64,000 nucleotides of DNA from positions 6,557 through 70,556 of the forward strand of contig CAZZFF010000008.1 in the NCBI GenBank assembly GCA_964653485.1, read 5' to 3'. This DNA is from an uncultured Verrucomicrobiota bacterium (GTDB lineage: Bacteria > Verrucomicrobiota > Verrucomicrobiia > Limisphaerales > UBA8199). A model generated the notes under the pieces. That model saw only the letters and a list, made by a program, of their open reading frames with translations. It did not search any database and was not told where the DNA came from. The position numbers were made by a program, and so were the translations under genes. Positions 47,001 through 56,827 of this stretch are shown here, piece after piece; position 1 is the first letter of the stretch, and each line of letters opens with the position of its first letter.

Positions 47001-47391
47001 AGCAGAATTCCTGAAGCTCAAGGCGCAATTGCGCCTGGCTTCCCCTGCGAACCACTACACTCGCTGGGCAGAGTGGTTCTGTGCCGACCGTGGCACTCGC
47101 ACCATTTCTCCTTTCTCCAATATTACGGTGCCGGAGTATGTCCAACACCGCATCCAGGAGGACAGTCTGGAAAGCCTGAGAGAAGCCGCGCTACTGTCGC
47201 CCACGAACGGCCTGGCCTTTGCTCGACTGGCGCGCGCGGTTGTTGCCCAAGAGCGTCATGACAACCCGCATTGGCTTGGGGAGGCTGATTTCTACAGCCG
47301 CCATGCTGCCAGACTGTCGCCGAACGACACCGAGGTCCAAGAAATCCGAGGCGAGGTCGAGCAAGCGGTGAAAGGGGCCACCAAGCCATGA
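44095..47391 (+). CDS. Ser/Thr protein kinase with N-terminal zinc ribbon, one TM and 11 WD40-like repeats
   Basis: CPDCGG..CPRC. Kinase subdomains GGMGVVY, VAVKMI, HRDLKPSNVL, DFGLA, APSFVPPEQ. TM LAGSLATAVLLLFAGVVAS. Eleven units of ..FSPDGLRV.T....TARVWDAQTGKPLTEPLRHE... Confidence 0.9.
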   Translation: MTNERKCPDCGGPIPAGVPAGFCPRCEMAGAIELTRPSEAGPFPGRTLRYFGDYELLEEIARGGMGVVYRARQVSLNRIVAVKMILDGRLAAAAEVGRFRAEARTAASLQHPNIVPIYEVGDQDGQNYFSMEFVDGANLAQVVRENPLPAARAAGYVRIIAEAIQYAHERGVLHRDLKPSNVLIDPFDQPRVTDFGLAKSLGRDSELTQTGQVLGAPSFVPPEQAAGRKEDVGPHSDVYALGAILYHLLTGRPPFAAETLAATLAQVLNKEPVAPRSLNATIPRDLETICLKCLEKDPHRRYPTATELAEELGRFQRGEPIQARPAGQVERVWRWCRRNPALAGSLATAVLLLFAGVVASTLETRRARTAERDQTVLRQRAEVALTQLELQHAEALFAAGDAPRAVAHLASVLASGRSNRVAAERLLSALTSRSLPLPLVDLIGHEDGINSAKFSPDGLRVITASEDKTARVWDARTGKPLIEPLRHEGSVASAEFSPDGLRVATASDDDTARVWDAQTGKPLTEPLRHEAMVSSARFSPDGLRVLTACAKTAQIWDAQTGKLVTEPLHHDADVVCAQFSPDGLRVVTACGSLDQWFDGYARVWDAQTGKPVTEPLRHGGPLLSAQFSPDGLRVVTACGLPDRGYDGYARVWDARTGKPLTEPLRHEGPVASAEFSPDGLRVLTASPDGTARLWDAQTGKPLAEPLKDETPLASAHFSQDGLRVLTSCLILGTLRVWDARTGKPLTEPLSNARYEEDHPSNSMDCLSYSSAQFSPDGLRVVTFFDSAARVWDVGTGESLTETVRHGEDIKSSQLSPDGLRVLTVSSETARVWDAQTGKPLTEPLRHAQGPASARFSPDGLRVITVSIAGTLRAWDAQTGNALTEPPRPETEVPLALQLLRDPPDLLSPGRARVLASPDGLRVLTVSSNLTRVWEMSFGPTPVPPWLPELAVSAVGKRLTGAAVPQRVPAAEFLKLKAQLRLASPANHYTRWAEWFCADRGTRTISPFSNITVPEYVQHRIQEDSLESLREAALLSPTNGLAFARLARAVVAQERHDNPHWLGEADFYSRHAARLSPNDTEVQEIRGEVEQAVKGATKP
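45415..46890 (+). repeat. Internal WD40 repeat array with high nucleotide-level identity (units about 126-144 nt)
   Basis: Blocks such as GCGCGGGTGTGGGATGC.CAGACCGGCAA.CCGCT.ACCGA.CCGCTCCGGCA recur at least 8 times. A 43-nt exact duplicate lies at 45826-45868 and 45970-46012 (period 144 nt). Confidence 0.9.
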
Positions 47392-47588
47392 AGCCCCTGC
47401 GGTCCGCCAACAAAGCGGCATTCGGAAATCTCGCAATCGCGGGGGGACTGCCAGGACGGATCGACTTTACCACATATATGAGAAGAACATGGCCCTTCCT
47501 TTTAGGCTTCCTGCTGTGGGCGGCACCGGCAGCGCGAGCCCAATTCGATTACGACGCCACGGCGGCCATGAGTAGCACGCTTTGCTAG
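47388..47588 (+). CDS. Doubtful small ORF coupled to the kinase stop (contains an internal signal-peptide-like segment)
   Basis: ATGA overlap with the kinase stop (47388-47391). An internal MRRTWPFLLGFLLWAAPAARA-QFDYDATAAMSSTLC begins at 47478. It could be a remnant of a secreted-protein N-terminus. Confidence 0.2.
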   Translation: MKPLRSANKAAFGNLAIAGGLPGRIDFTTYMRRTWPFLLGFLLWAAPAARAQFDYDATAAMSSTLC

Positions 47589-47738
47589 AGAAGTTGCGCC
47601 TTCATATCATACGAACGCAAACGCTTCGAGACCGAAAGAACCCACCCGCGCAGCGTCAAAACCGCCGACGCGGCAAAAAGGCACATTCCTGCTATCAGTC
47701 GCGGCACAAAAGCAAATCAATCAGTATTGACAGACACC

Positions 47739-49649
47739 ATGAAAACACAAACTCATCACAAAATGATTACCTGGCTTGGCGCGCTGGCGCTGGCCGTCGC
47801 GTATGAACAGGCTCGCGCCGTGGATTTCCACGTCGCCACCGCGCAGGACCTCCAAAATGCCCTCACTCTGGCCGCCGGCAACAGCGCAGACAACAACATC
47901 TACCTGGCCGCCGGCTACTACGAGGGCAACTTCAATTACAACAGTTCCGAGGCAAACAACCTAACTCTGTTGCCGGAGCCAGGCATCACGAACACCGACA
48001 TCACCATCGACGGCGCGGGCGTCACAAGCGGCCTGTGCATTTCCAGTTCCGCCGTGAGCAACACTATCACCATCCAGGACATCAGTTTCGCGATTAACTG
48101 CGGCAACGTTAACACCTCCGCTGAGATCTCCGCATTGTGGGTTGCGGCTGGGAGTCAGGCGGCAATATCAGTTAGCGGTTGTGATTTTCTTGGAACTCCC
48201 GGAGGCAGCGGGGACGGCTTCCAGGTGGTCTCCGGCCTGAACCTGACCGTAAACGGATGCACTTTTGAGGGGGCGGGGTACGGTATTGACGATGGCGGAC
48301 TGGGTATGGTTGTTGGTGAGGCATCGGATTCTGAGAGCTTCAAGGGAGATATTACTGTGCAGAACTGTGCGTTCACAACGAATTATGTCGCAGGTCTTTC
48401 AATAGGATTTGCAAACTCGATCTCCATTTCAAACAACATTTTTAGCGGAAACGGGTGTTCAGGTTTCGGCGGAGGGGCCGCTGCGTCGATAAACGCATCC
48501 GCTAATACTTTCGACGGCAACGGTCATGGATTTCAGCCTAACGGGGGTGCTAATATTTGGAACACTCCCATAGTGGCCTTCACGGGCAACACCTTCACTA
48601 CGAACGCCGGCTCTGGCGGCCTTTCGGTTCACACGGCCATGGGCGTGACCCTCACCGGCAACACGTTCATAGGCAATGACGCATGGCCGGGATGCGGGGG
48701 TGCGGTTACCGTGGTCGGTCAAACTGACGGAGGTGGGGATTCCAGTGCGACCAATCTCACAGTTACGAGCAATGACTTCATTGGTAATTCAGCCGGCGCA
48801 GGTGGGGGCGCCGTTTACGCGCTTCTGGCCGGTGCGACTGTAAACATCCAGGCAAACACGTTCGAAGGGAACGTAGCCGGCGGTGCAGGTGGCGGAGCGC
48901 TTTACCTAACTGCCCCGATCGTGACGCTTTCGGATAATCTGCTGGCAGGGAATATCAACAGCAGCGATTCCTCGACCGGCGGAGGTATTTGGGTAAATCC
49001 GTGGTTGGAACTGTCCCTTATCAACAATACAATCACAGCCAACATCTCTGCCGACGGTGGTGGTGGCGTTGCGGTGGTGAGCGGTTCCGGGACGGTGCTG
49101 AACGTCTTCAACAACATCATCTGGGGTAATTCGGGCGGACCCGGCGCCGACGTTTGGATGGGCGGAACAGGGGGGGAACAGGTGTTCTCCAATAATGACG
49201 CTCATGACATCTTCGGGGTCTCGGATCTCTTCGGGAGCGGCCTTGATGTTAACCCTCAGTTCGTTGACCCGGAGAACGGAGATTACCATCTGCAAAGCGG
49301 CTCACCATGCATTGATGCCGGCACCAACGGCGCGCTCTTTTTACCCGCGGCGGATCTTGACGGCAATCCCCGCACTCTGGGCGGCATGGTGGACCTTGGC
49401 TGTTACGAACTCGGCGCAGCCACCCCGGCCCCGGTCGTCATAAGCCTGAGTGTATCTCCCGGGGGTGGGATCCTCCTCAGTTGGGCGAGCTCGGCTGGGG
49501 CTAGCTACACCGTCCAAAAGTCCTCCGATTTGAAGCAAGGTTTTCAGGACCTGATCTCTGCTCTGCCCTCAACTCCGCCCGTAAACACATATTCTGACGC
49601 CTTCGACGCGAGTGCGACCTGCGCGTTCTACCGGATCCTTGTTCAGTAG
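47739..49649 (+). CDS. Secreted right-handed parallel beta-helix repeat protein with C-terminal FYR module
   Basis: Signal peptide ([18 protein letters not shown]). Many NxxxGNxAxxGGGA-type beta-helix turns. [40 protein letters not shown] cap. ATG at 47739 (TTG at 47727 in the track). Confidence 0.85.
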   Translation: MKTQTHHKMITWLGALALAVAYEQARAVDFHVATAQDLQNALTLAAGNSADNNIYLAAGYYEGNFNYNSSEANNLTLLPEPGITNTDITIDGAGVTSGLCISSSAVSNTITIQDISFAINCGNVNTSAEISALWVAAGSQAAISVSGCDFLGTPGGSGDGFQVVSGLNLTVNGCTFEGAGYGIDDGGLGMVVGEASDSESFKGDITVQNCAFTTNYVAGLSIGFANSISISNNIFSGNGCSGFGGGAAASINASANTFDGNGHGFQPNGGANIWNTPIVAFTGNTFTTNAGSGGLSVHTAMGVTLTGNTFIGNDAWPGCGGAVTVVGQTDGGGDSSATNLTVTSNDFIGNSAGAGGGAVYALLAGATVNIQANTFEGNVAGGAGGGALYLTAPIVTLSDNLLAGNINSSDSSTGGGIWVNPWLELSLINNTITANISADGGGGVAVVSGSGTVLNVFNNIIWGNSGGPGADVWMGGTGGEQVFSNNDAHDIFGVSDLFGSGLDVNPQFVDPENGDYHLQSGSPCIDAGTNGALFLPAADLDGNPRTLGGMVDLGCYELGAATPAPVVISLSVSPGGGILLSWASSAGASYTVQKSSDLKQGFQDLISALPSTPPVNTYSDAFDASATCAFYRILVQ

Positions 49650-49884
49650 CGCCAGGCCAGTTCAGGCGCGTAGTGGCCAAGGTCGTGTAAGAATCATTGC
49701 GCCGACTCACTTAGCGCCTGACCGAAAACAACTTACCGAAGTGCCCTGACCCATAAACCCAAGGAAGGCGCGACGAACAAGCTCTCCAGTGAAAAACGAC
49801 TGCCGCACTTTGTGGACGTTATCTGTGGACGGGCCCGTAGAAGACCCGGAAGAACCGGCAAGAAATACAAACAAGTAGCTTATC

Positions 49885-50451
49885 ATGAAAGCCATTACAC
49901 TGTCTCTGCTGGCGGCGCTTAACCCACTGACCGCTCGTGGCCTTGCGCTGCTCATGCCGGTCGCGATTCTCGCTTCAGGTTGCTCATCCTATGATGTTAC
50001 TAGGGAGGGGTTGATGCACAATCCACAAATCATCGCTATTCAAGGCCAAATGTCGGAAGAGAAGGCTTTGGCGGTCTTGCGCCGCCAGATTGATAGAGGA
50101 CAAGGAGCCGGGTTTCGAGCAAATGGATACTCCGTTTCGATGGGAGACAATGGATACTCCATTTCCGTCGACCGGTCCGGCTTTGTAATTAAGCGTGCTC
50201 TCCGAATACCCGATGGTACCGGCTTTACCTTTATTCCACTTCCCGCACTCGTTTCCCTTCACGTCCCCGGAACTCCCCTTCCCGACAGGACTGTTGCGTT
50301 CGCCGATGTCAAAAACGTCCACTTTTTGATTAAGTTCTACCACCTGTATGCGAGCGACGGTGTTTTTTGGGTGTTCAACTTGACCAGTAAAGATAAGAAT
50401 GAGTTTCTGGCCGCATTGTTTTTCCTTTGCCCGAATATCCAAGGCCATTGA
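49885..50451 (+). CDS. Probable lipoprotein of unknown function, in a lower-GC islet
   Basis: Signal peptide ending ILASGC (lipobox-like). The 188-aa product has AT-richer codon usage than its neighbours. Confidence 0.55.
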   Translation: MKAITLSLLAALNPLTARGLALLMPVAILASGCSSYDVTREGLMHNPQIIAIQGQMSEEKALAVLRRQIDRGQGAGFRANGYSVSMGDNGYSISVDRSGFVIKRALRIPDGTGFTFIPLPALVSLHVPGTPLPDRTVAFADVKNVHFLIKFYHLYASDGVFWVFNLTSKDKNEFLAALFFLCPNIQGH

Positions 50452-50601
50452 ACGCGATCCGGCATTCATTCCGGTTTATTATCTTGCAGGAAACGTTCAT
50501 TCCGCAGTCGCAACGCGACAAGGGGTCAGCCATGAATGGCGCTTTCAACAAAGGGTGACCTGCGTCCTTGCAGGGCGCAACAGGAGAATAGGGCGGGCTT
50601 T

Positions 50602-50634
50602 CCCAGGGCGGCGCTTCGCTTGCCGGGGCTGTGC
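50602..50634 (+). repeat. Degenerate member of the REP-like hairpin family
   Basis: CCCAGGGCGGCGCTTCGCTTGCCGGGGCTGTGC shares the loop core GCGCTTCGCTTGCC with 51596-51633, but the flanking arms are no longer complementary. It is followed by the small hairpin CAACCCC-TTT-GGGGTTG. Confidence 0.4.
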
Positions 50635-51053
50635 TACACAACCCCTTTGGGGTTGGGGCGGGGGGCTTCGCACGAGCTTGGGGCGCGTGAGGCGAGCAGG
50701 GTTTTCGACCGCGCAGGGCATCCGGCAACGCCGGAGGCCGCCCGAGGCAACGGGGCGTCGTGCGCCCGCCGTCGCTCGCGAGGGCGCGAGCCACGTCGCA
50801 GCCGACCTCGCCCCGCTCTGGTTTCGCCGAGTGAAACAGAAGCAGGCTCTGCTCAGGAGCAACCTGCCGATGGATAACTGGATGAGGGCGACGAAACGCC
50901 GTCGGCCAACGCCGGGGAGGGCAAGATCCTCCCGGGCCAATCGGGCAGACCCTGTTTCAGAGCCCTCTCACGGCTCAAAAGGATTCCCGAACGGTGCGCA
51001 AAAACAGCCCTGAAACCCCAATCACCCTTCCGCCAACCCGCCTTGCTCAGTCC

Positions 51054-51479
51054 TCAGGTCACTGCTTTCTTCACGAGCGCAACGATCCTTGCCTCTTCGG
51101 CGGCGGTCAACTTCTTGAGGGCGAAGGCGGTCGGCCACATGCCGCCTTCGTCCAGGTTTGCTTCGTGCATGAAGCCGAACGTGGCGTACCTCGTCTTGAA
51201 CTTCTGCGCGCTTTGGAAGAAGCAGACGATCTTGCCGTTCTTGGCATACGCGGGCATGCCGTACCAGAGTCTGGGCGAGAGGACTGGCGCGTTGGCTTTG
51301 ATGATCGCATGGAGCCGCTCGGCGATCGAGCGATCCGGTCCCGGCATCGTGGCAACCTTGGCGAGCAAGGCGCTTTCCCCGTCCGCCGTTTCCGCGTGCG
51401 GTCCGCGGCGGGGCGCCGCCTTCTTCGCGGCCGTCTTAGTGGTGCTCTTGGCACTTTGGATATTGTCGGTCATTGTCAT
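51054..51479 (-). CDS. DUF1801 / YdhG-like small protein
   Basis: ATG at 51479 ([11 protein letters not shown]..) is preceded by AAGGGA. The body [35 protein letters not shown] is typical of the YdhG-like family. The longer track ORF runs through a REP element. Confidence 0.7.
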   Translation of the reverse strand: MTMTDNIQSAKSTTKTAAKKAAPRRGPHAETADGESALLAKVATMPGPDRSIAERLHAIIKANAPVLSPRLWYGMPAYAKNGKIVCFFQSAQKFKTRYATFGFMHEANLDEGGMWPTAFALKKLTAAEEARIVALVKKAVT

Positions 51480-51595
51480 TCCCTTTCGTTCATTAACGTT
51501 CCTTTTGTTGAATATGCCATCGAGCAAAGGCAAAGGAAACCGCGCCAATGAAGTCACCTTGGCGCGCGTGAGACGGAGTCGGGTTTTCGTCCGGG

Positions 51596-51633
51596 GCCAA
51601 AGCGGTGTCGCGCTTCGCTTGCCACCGCACTCC
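51596..51633 (+). repeat. REP-like hairpin element, copy 3 (exact 38-nt match to 14359-14396 reverse complement)
   Basis: GCCAAAGCGGTGTCGCGCTTCGCTTGCCACCGCACTCC, in the intergenic region between the DUF1801 gene and the 867-aa gene. Confidence 0.75.
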
Positions 51634-51739
51634 CTAGCAAATGGGCCGGCGCCACGGTCTCCTTGATCGAAAGCATCGCCTTTCCGGGGAGACTGGCTTA
51701 TAGTTCCCAGCATGAGGCCGAGCAACCTATAAGACGGGC

Positions 51740-54343
51740 ATGGATGCCAAGATTGGCGCCGATGCTCCAGCCAAGCAGGGGTTGGGCGATGGATACACAG
51801 TGCCGCGCCGAAACACCAAGGCGCGGGGGTTGCCAGGTATCCCTGGGGCGCTCGCGGTGCTCTTGTGGTTCGCTGGAATTCAAGGCGGGCCAGGGCAACC
51901 TCTCCGCATGGACACGCCGATCGGCTTTTTCACGGACACCGCGAACCGTCTGCTGGCGAATGCCGGCTACACCTTCGGCGTCAGCAACATCCAGGTCTGG
52001 CCCGTCAACCTCTATACGCCATCCGTCCATCGGATACTGCAAGTCGCGGCCAATCTTTGCGACGCGACCGGAGGCCTGGGACGGCAGGAGCGGTTCTTCC
52101 CGATCGTCCAGCCTGAGCTGGCGAGCGGCGGCTCTCCCAACTTGCCGTCGGTATTCCGGCCGGTGTTTGGACATGCCGGCCTCCAATCCAGTATCTACAT
52201 TGTCGGGTACGTCGAGGCTACGGATGCGAGCATGGCCGGCCTCGGGCCCGCGCCGGTCCCTGTGATGCGCGACCTTTGCTCGCCCCGTGATCGCGCGCTC
52301 TTGGGCGAGAACCGGAACGACATGGTCTATGGCTTGCCCGTGGTAATTGGCGCCCGGAAGGGATTCCCCAACTTCAACGAGTTCGCGATGGAAACGATGA
52401 TTCAACTCACCCGCGAGATCGAGTTTCGGCGGCCGGATGCTACCCCGTTGGCGCCGGTCAACCAGACCAACCAGATGTTCCTGCTCTGCATCTCGAACGT
52501 GTTTGGGATGGAGGCATGGAACTCCTACCAGGCCGCGTATCCGCGCGGCCTGCAGGTGACCGCTGCGGTGGATTCCTTCGCCACCCTCAGCAACGAGTTG
52601 GGCACCGTATTGATGAGCAACGTTATGACGCGCTCCTCGGCAACATACGTCTCCGCCAACACGTGGACGGGCTACATGGCCGGCGGGGCGTTAAAACTGC
52701 CGCTTGACCCCGCCACCAACAACTCCATTGTCCTCAACGGGGCGTACGTTCAGAGCACGGGCCAGTTTACGAATGCAGCCGCGCCCTTTGAAAGGGGCTT
52801 GGGCTTCCCGGTTCCGCACTTTTGGCTTTCGTTGCGCACGCGGGCGCGGTTCATCCTGGCGGACACCGGCGTCAGCCCTAATCGCATCATTGACTATGTC
52901 AACCTGGACTCGACGCAATCGCCGCTGGATATCACCCTCAAGGCAGGGACGAACGGGTTGTGCGAGGCCGTGTACATCCCCGACGGCGGCCCCGGCAGTC
53001 TGTGGTGTACCAACCGCCTAGTGAACGCGGATGCCTCACCCACCTACGGCGTGCTCAATCAGATCGGCATCTGCCTGGGGAGCATCCAGCCTGGGGCGAA
53101 CGCAGGCCGATGGAACAATGCGGCAAACGGGGTCATCGGGACCACCGCTGACGCTATCAACTACTTCCGCGGCCAGCTTTTCAACACCGCCTTGACGCAA
53201 ACCAACAAGTTCTACGCCCCTTACAACGCGACGCGGACGATGTTCTGGGAGACCTCATGGCAGGCCAATGATCCGCTCGTGCATTATACAGTTTCGGACC
53301 TCACCAGCCCGGCCCTGGCAACGAATTGCGTGCAGGTTGATTCGAGAGGGCTTGGCTCGACCATGAGCAACCTCGGCAGGATAAACGGCCGCTACCAGCC
53401 GTGGGGCACTCCGCCGGGGGAGACCCTGTCAGGCAGTGCCCAGGACACTTACAACCTGACCCTCAAGGATCCCCGGATAACAAGGTCCGACGACTGGGAT
53501 TTTCCGACCGCTGAGGCGCTGAGCCCTTCCTGGCTTGGGCGCGTTCATCGTGGGACGCCCTGGCAGACCGTTTACCTTAAATCCGCCCTTGTCGACTATG
53601 TTCGGTGGCGGCCATGGACGGGTAATATGCTGGTTGTGACTAATATGGGTCAAATCTCGACCAATCTAGTAGCCTTGTACAACGCGAACCTGCAAGATGT
53701 CTCGGAGTGGAGCGCCATGACCTACGACGCCTTGTTTACAAATCCTACCAATGACTGGCGGCTGGCGAGTCTTCTGGCGCCCCTGTTCAACACGGATGAT
53801 CCTCACACTCTATTTTCGGTTAACCAGCCGAGCGCTTCGGCCTGGGCCACGGTCCTGGATGGGCTTTCGGCCTTGACCAACGTATCCCCCGCAGAATGTG
53901 ACGCCGTGGTCATGTCCTCCAATTCCGTGCAGGCAGGCATTATCGCCTCAGCCATCAATGCGCGCCGCATTCTCTGGCCTGGGGGGCAATTTCGGGACAT
54001 CGGCGACGTTTTGCTCACGCCCGAGTTGGGTGTCGCTTCACCCTGGCTGAGCCAGAAGACGAACTTACTCACCGACGCCGCTTACGAGGCGCTCCCCGCA
54101 CAGTTACTGTCGCGGCTGCGCCCGGATTCGTTTGGCTCCGTTGCTCGGAGCGGCGAGGCCGCGCGGGTCGGCTTCACCGGCGCGGATGCCTATGGCTACA
54201 CGGTTCAGGTCTCCTCGAACCTCGTGGATTGGATGACAATCAGCACCAATTTCCCGATAAACGGGTCGTTCCAGCTTATCGAAGCCCTCCCGCCCGGCTC
54301 GCCGAAGGATTTCTATCGCACGGTCCTTTTGCCTTTGCCGTGA
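51740..54343 (+). CDS. Large (867 aa) exported or membrane-anchored protein of unknown function with C-terminal FYR module
   Basis: Long ORF with protein-like composition. N-terminal hydrophobic segment ([11 protein letters not shown]). No named domain recognised. C-terminus [29 protein letters not shown]. Start uncertain. Confidence 0.75.
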   Translation: MDAKIGADAPAKQGLGDGYTVPRRNTKARGLPGIPGALAVLLWFAGIQGGPGQPLRMDTPIGFFTDTANRLLANAGYTFGVSNIQVWPVNLYTPSVHRILQVAANLCDATGGLGRQERFFPIVQPELASGGSPNLPSVFRPVFGHAGLQSSIYIVGYVEATDASMAGLGPAPVPVMRDLCSPRDRALLGENRNDMVYGLPVVIGARKGFPNFNEFAMETMIQLTREIEFRRPDATPLAPVNQTNQMFLLCISNVFGMEAWNSYQAAYPRGLQVTAAVDSFATLSNELGTVLMSNVMTRSSATYVSANTWTGYMAGGALKLPLDPATNNSIVLNGAYVQSTGQFTNAAAPFERGLGFPVPHFWLSLRTRARFILADTGVSPNRIIDYVNLDSTQSPLDITLKAGTNGLCEAVYIPDGGPGSLWCTNRLVNADASPTYGVLNQIGICLGSIQPGANAGRWNNAANGVIGTTADAINYFRGQLFNTALTQTNKFYAPYNATRTMFWETSWQANDPLVHYTVSDLTSPALATNCVQVDSRGLGSTMSNLGRINGRYQPWGTPPGETLSGSAQDTYNLTLKDPRITRSDDWDFPTAEALSPSWLGRVHRGTPWQTVYLKSALVDYVRWRPWTGNMLVVTNMGQISTNLVALYNANLQDVSEWSAMTYDALFTNPTNDWRLASLLAPLFNTDDPHTLFSVNQPSASAWATVLDGLSALTNVSPAECDAVVMSSNSVQAGIIASAINARRILWPGGQFRDIGDVLLTPELGVASPWLSQKTNLLTDAAYEALPAQLLSRLRPDSFGSVARSGEAARVGFTGADAYGYTVQVSSNLVDWMTISTNFPINGSFQLIEALPPGSPKDFYRTVLLPLP

Positions 54344-54475
54344 CGGTCCGCAGCTAAAGGGCTCTCAACCTGAACGGGGTCTTGGCCGGGGGGCAACGCG
54401 GGGGATTGGGTTTGCGGGCGCCGGCGCTGGTACAAGGCTTGCCATCGGACGCAGTGAAGTTATGCTCGGAGCAGA

Positions 54476-56827
54476 GTGAAAGGCGCCTCATATCTGCGGG
54501 GGGTTGGGCCCGGTCACGGCATAGGGAGATGGCTCGCCCGCGAGCGGGGTCGGCGCATCGGCGGCAAACTCGGCGGTTGGTTCAAGCGCGGCCGGGACGT
54601 GGGGTTCGCGGGCCGGATATGGGTTACCCTGGCCGGTTTGGGCCTCATCGGCGCGGTCGGCTGGGTCAGTTTTCAGGCGGCCCTGGGCCTGAGTTTCGAG
54701 TTTGTCTATCTCTTCATCTGCGCGCTCGTCGGTTGGATGGCGGGGACCCCTGCCGCGCTGCTGTGCGCGATCGAGTCGGGAAGTTTCCTGTTTTTTGGCG
54801 AATTGGCCGCGCGCGGGGCATCGCCGGCGGTTTTGGTTCCGGTCTGCAACGCGGTGGTGCGGCTGGGGGGTTTTGCGGGGATCGCCTGGCTTGCGGCCAA
54901 GGTCGGAGGAGAAGCCCGGGACCTCGAGCGGACATTGGCCCAACGGGCGGCCTCACTGGAGAAAGAGACCGAAGAGCACAAAGCGACCTCGGAGCTTCTG
55001 GGCGAGGCGATCCAGCTTTTCACGCAGGTCACGGAGAACATCGCCGATGTGTTTTGGGTGACCGATCCGTTGCGGCGGCAGTTCGAGCATGTGAGTCCGG
55101 GCTTCGAGACAATCTGGGGGAGGACATGCAATTCACTCTTTGCCTCGCCCAATGAGTGGCTCGATGGCATTCATCCGGAGGACCGCCAGCGCGTGGTCGC
55201 CAGCATGTCCCAGCAGACGCGGGGGGGATATGATGAAGAGTACCGGGTAGTGCGGCCGGACGGCTCGTTGCGGTGGGTCCATGATCGGGCTTTCCCGGTC
55301 AAGGACGAGCGTGGGGCGGTCCATCGCCTGGTGGGGATTGCGGAGGACATTACGGAACGCAAGCTGGGCGAGCAACTGCTGCAGGCAGAGCGGGACGTGG
55401 GCGCGGCGCTCAGTTCGACGAACGACCTGGGGGTTGCGTTGGCGCGGCTCCTGGAGACCGCGACGCAACTGGAGGGCATCGATTGCGGCGGGGTCTATCT
55501 CATGAACCCGGAAACGGGCGAGCTGAATCTGCAGGCCCACAGAGGGTTGTCCCCTTCATTCATCCGGCGGGTCTCGCATTACAAATCGGATGCCACGGAG
55601 GCGCGGTTGATTCGGGCGGGAAGAATCCTTTACGTGCGGCGGGAGGAGATTCCGCGCAGTTTGGAGGTGTTGTGGGGCAGCGAAGGACTGCGGGCGCTGG
55701 CCATCGTTCCGGTGCAGCATGAAGGGGGGGTGGTGGGGATGTTGAACCTGGGTTCCTACCGGCAGGATGATATTCCGCCCCGAACGCGGGTCGGTTTGGA
55801 GACAATTTCCTCGCAGGTGGCGGGCGCGATCTCGCGGATCGAGGCGCAGGAATCACGGCGGCGCAGCGAGGCGCACTTGCGGACGATCATCAACCTGGCG
55901 CCAATCGCGCTCATCGCGGTGGATGAGGGGGGCAAGATCACTTTCGAGGACGGACAGGCGCTGCCTGCGATGGGTGTGAAGCCGGGCGAGCATCTGGGCC
56001 GGCCGGCCGGCGAGATGTATGCGGACTTCCCCCTGATGCTGGAAAACATCCGGCGGGCCTCCGCGGGCGAGGAGTTTGGGTCGATCCTGGAGTTTGCGTC
56101 CACGGTGTTCGAGTGCCGCTTCACGCCTCTGGGCGACCGGAATGGAAACGGGGGAGGCTTTATCATCCTGGCTACGGACATTACCGAGCGTTCGCGCCTG
56201 CAACGGCAGGTGCTCGAGATTAGCGACCGCGAACAGGCCCGGATTGGGCAGGACATCCATGACGGGCTGTGCCAGCAGCTCATCGGGATGGCCTTTCAAG
56301 TCAACGCGCTGGAACAATGCCTGCGCTCGGGGGGGCATCCGGAGGCGGGCAGGGCCCAGAAAATGTGCGCGCTGCTCGATGAGGCTATTACCGAGTCGCG
56401 CCGCGTCTGCCGCGGCCTTTACCCGGTCAGGCTCAGCACCCACGGGCTTCTGCCGGCCCTTGAAGAATTGTCGGCCGGGGCGGCGGCGAAATACGGTATC
56501 GAGTGCTCGTGCGAACCGGACGGGGAGCCGCCCCCTTGCGACGTTGCCACGGCGACGCACCTTTACCGCATCGCGCAGGAGGCGGTCAACAATGCCCTCA
56601 AGCATAGCGGGGCGCGGCACATCCGCGTACACGTCACCCGCGTGGAGAGCGGGGTCGTCCTGGAGGTCAGGGATGACGGCAAGGGGCTTGGGCCTTCAGC
56701 GACGGGGCATTCGGGGATGGGCCTTCACATTATGGATTACCGCGCTCGGCTGATTGGGGGCAGGCTTGAGATCGAGAGCGGCCCCGCGGGCACCGTGGTG
56801 GCTTGCCGTGTGGCACAAACTCTATGA
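54476..56827 (+). CDS. Sensor histidine kinase (multi-TM, PAS-GAF-PAS, HisKA_3, HATPase_c)
   Basis: N-terminal TM bundle. PAS (ADVFWVTDP..GIHPEDR..YRVVRPDGSLRWV), GAF (GGVYLMNPETGELNL..), second PAS, H-box IHDGLCQQL, and an ATPase domain (NALKHSGA..DDGKG..GMGL). Start uncertain: GTG at 54476, or GTG at 54599. Confidence 0.88.
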   Translation: MKGASYLRGVGPGHGIGRWLARERGRRIGGKLGGWFKRGRDVGFAGRIWVTLAGLGLIGAVGWVSFQAALGLSFEFVYLFICALVGWMAGTPAALLCAIESGSFLFFGELAARGASPAVLVPVCNAVVRLGGFAGIAWLAAKVGGEARDLERTLAQRAASLEKETEEHKATSELLGEAIQLFTQVTENIADVFWVTDPLRRQFEHVSPGFETIWGRTCNSLFASPNEWLDGIHPEDRQRVVASMSQQTRGGYDEEYRVVRPDGSLRWVHDRAFPVKDERGAVHRLVGIAEDITERKLGEQLLQAERDVGAALSSTNDLGVALARLLETATQLEGIDCGGVYLMNPETGELNLQAHRGLSPSFIRRVSHYKSDATEARLIRAGRILYVRREEIPRSLEVLWGSEGLRALAIVPVQHEGGVVGMLNLGSYRQDDIPPRTRVGLETISSQVAGAISRIEAQESRRRSEAHLRTIINLAPIALIAVDEGGKITFEDGQALPAMGVKPGEHLGRPAGEMYADFPLMLENIRRASAGEEFGSILEFASTVFECRFTPLGDRNGNGGGFIILATDITERSRLQRQVLEISDREQARIGQDIHDGLCQQLIGMAFQVNALEQCLRSGGHPEAGRAQKMCALLDEAITESRRVCRGLYPVRLSTHGLLPALEELSAGAAAKYGIECSCEPDGEPPPCDVATATHLYRIAQEAVNNALKHSGARHIRVHVTRVESGVVLEVRDDGKGLGPSATGHSGMGLHIMDYRARLIGGRLEIESGPAGTVVACRVAQTL

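Noticed and set aside
54382-55155. 257-aa ORF overlapping the 5-prime part of the histidine kinase in another frame.
   Set aside because: Its product is Gly/Arg-rich with no motif. The kinase frame encodes coherent TM helices and PAS blocks across the same DNA.
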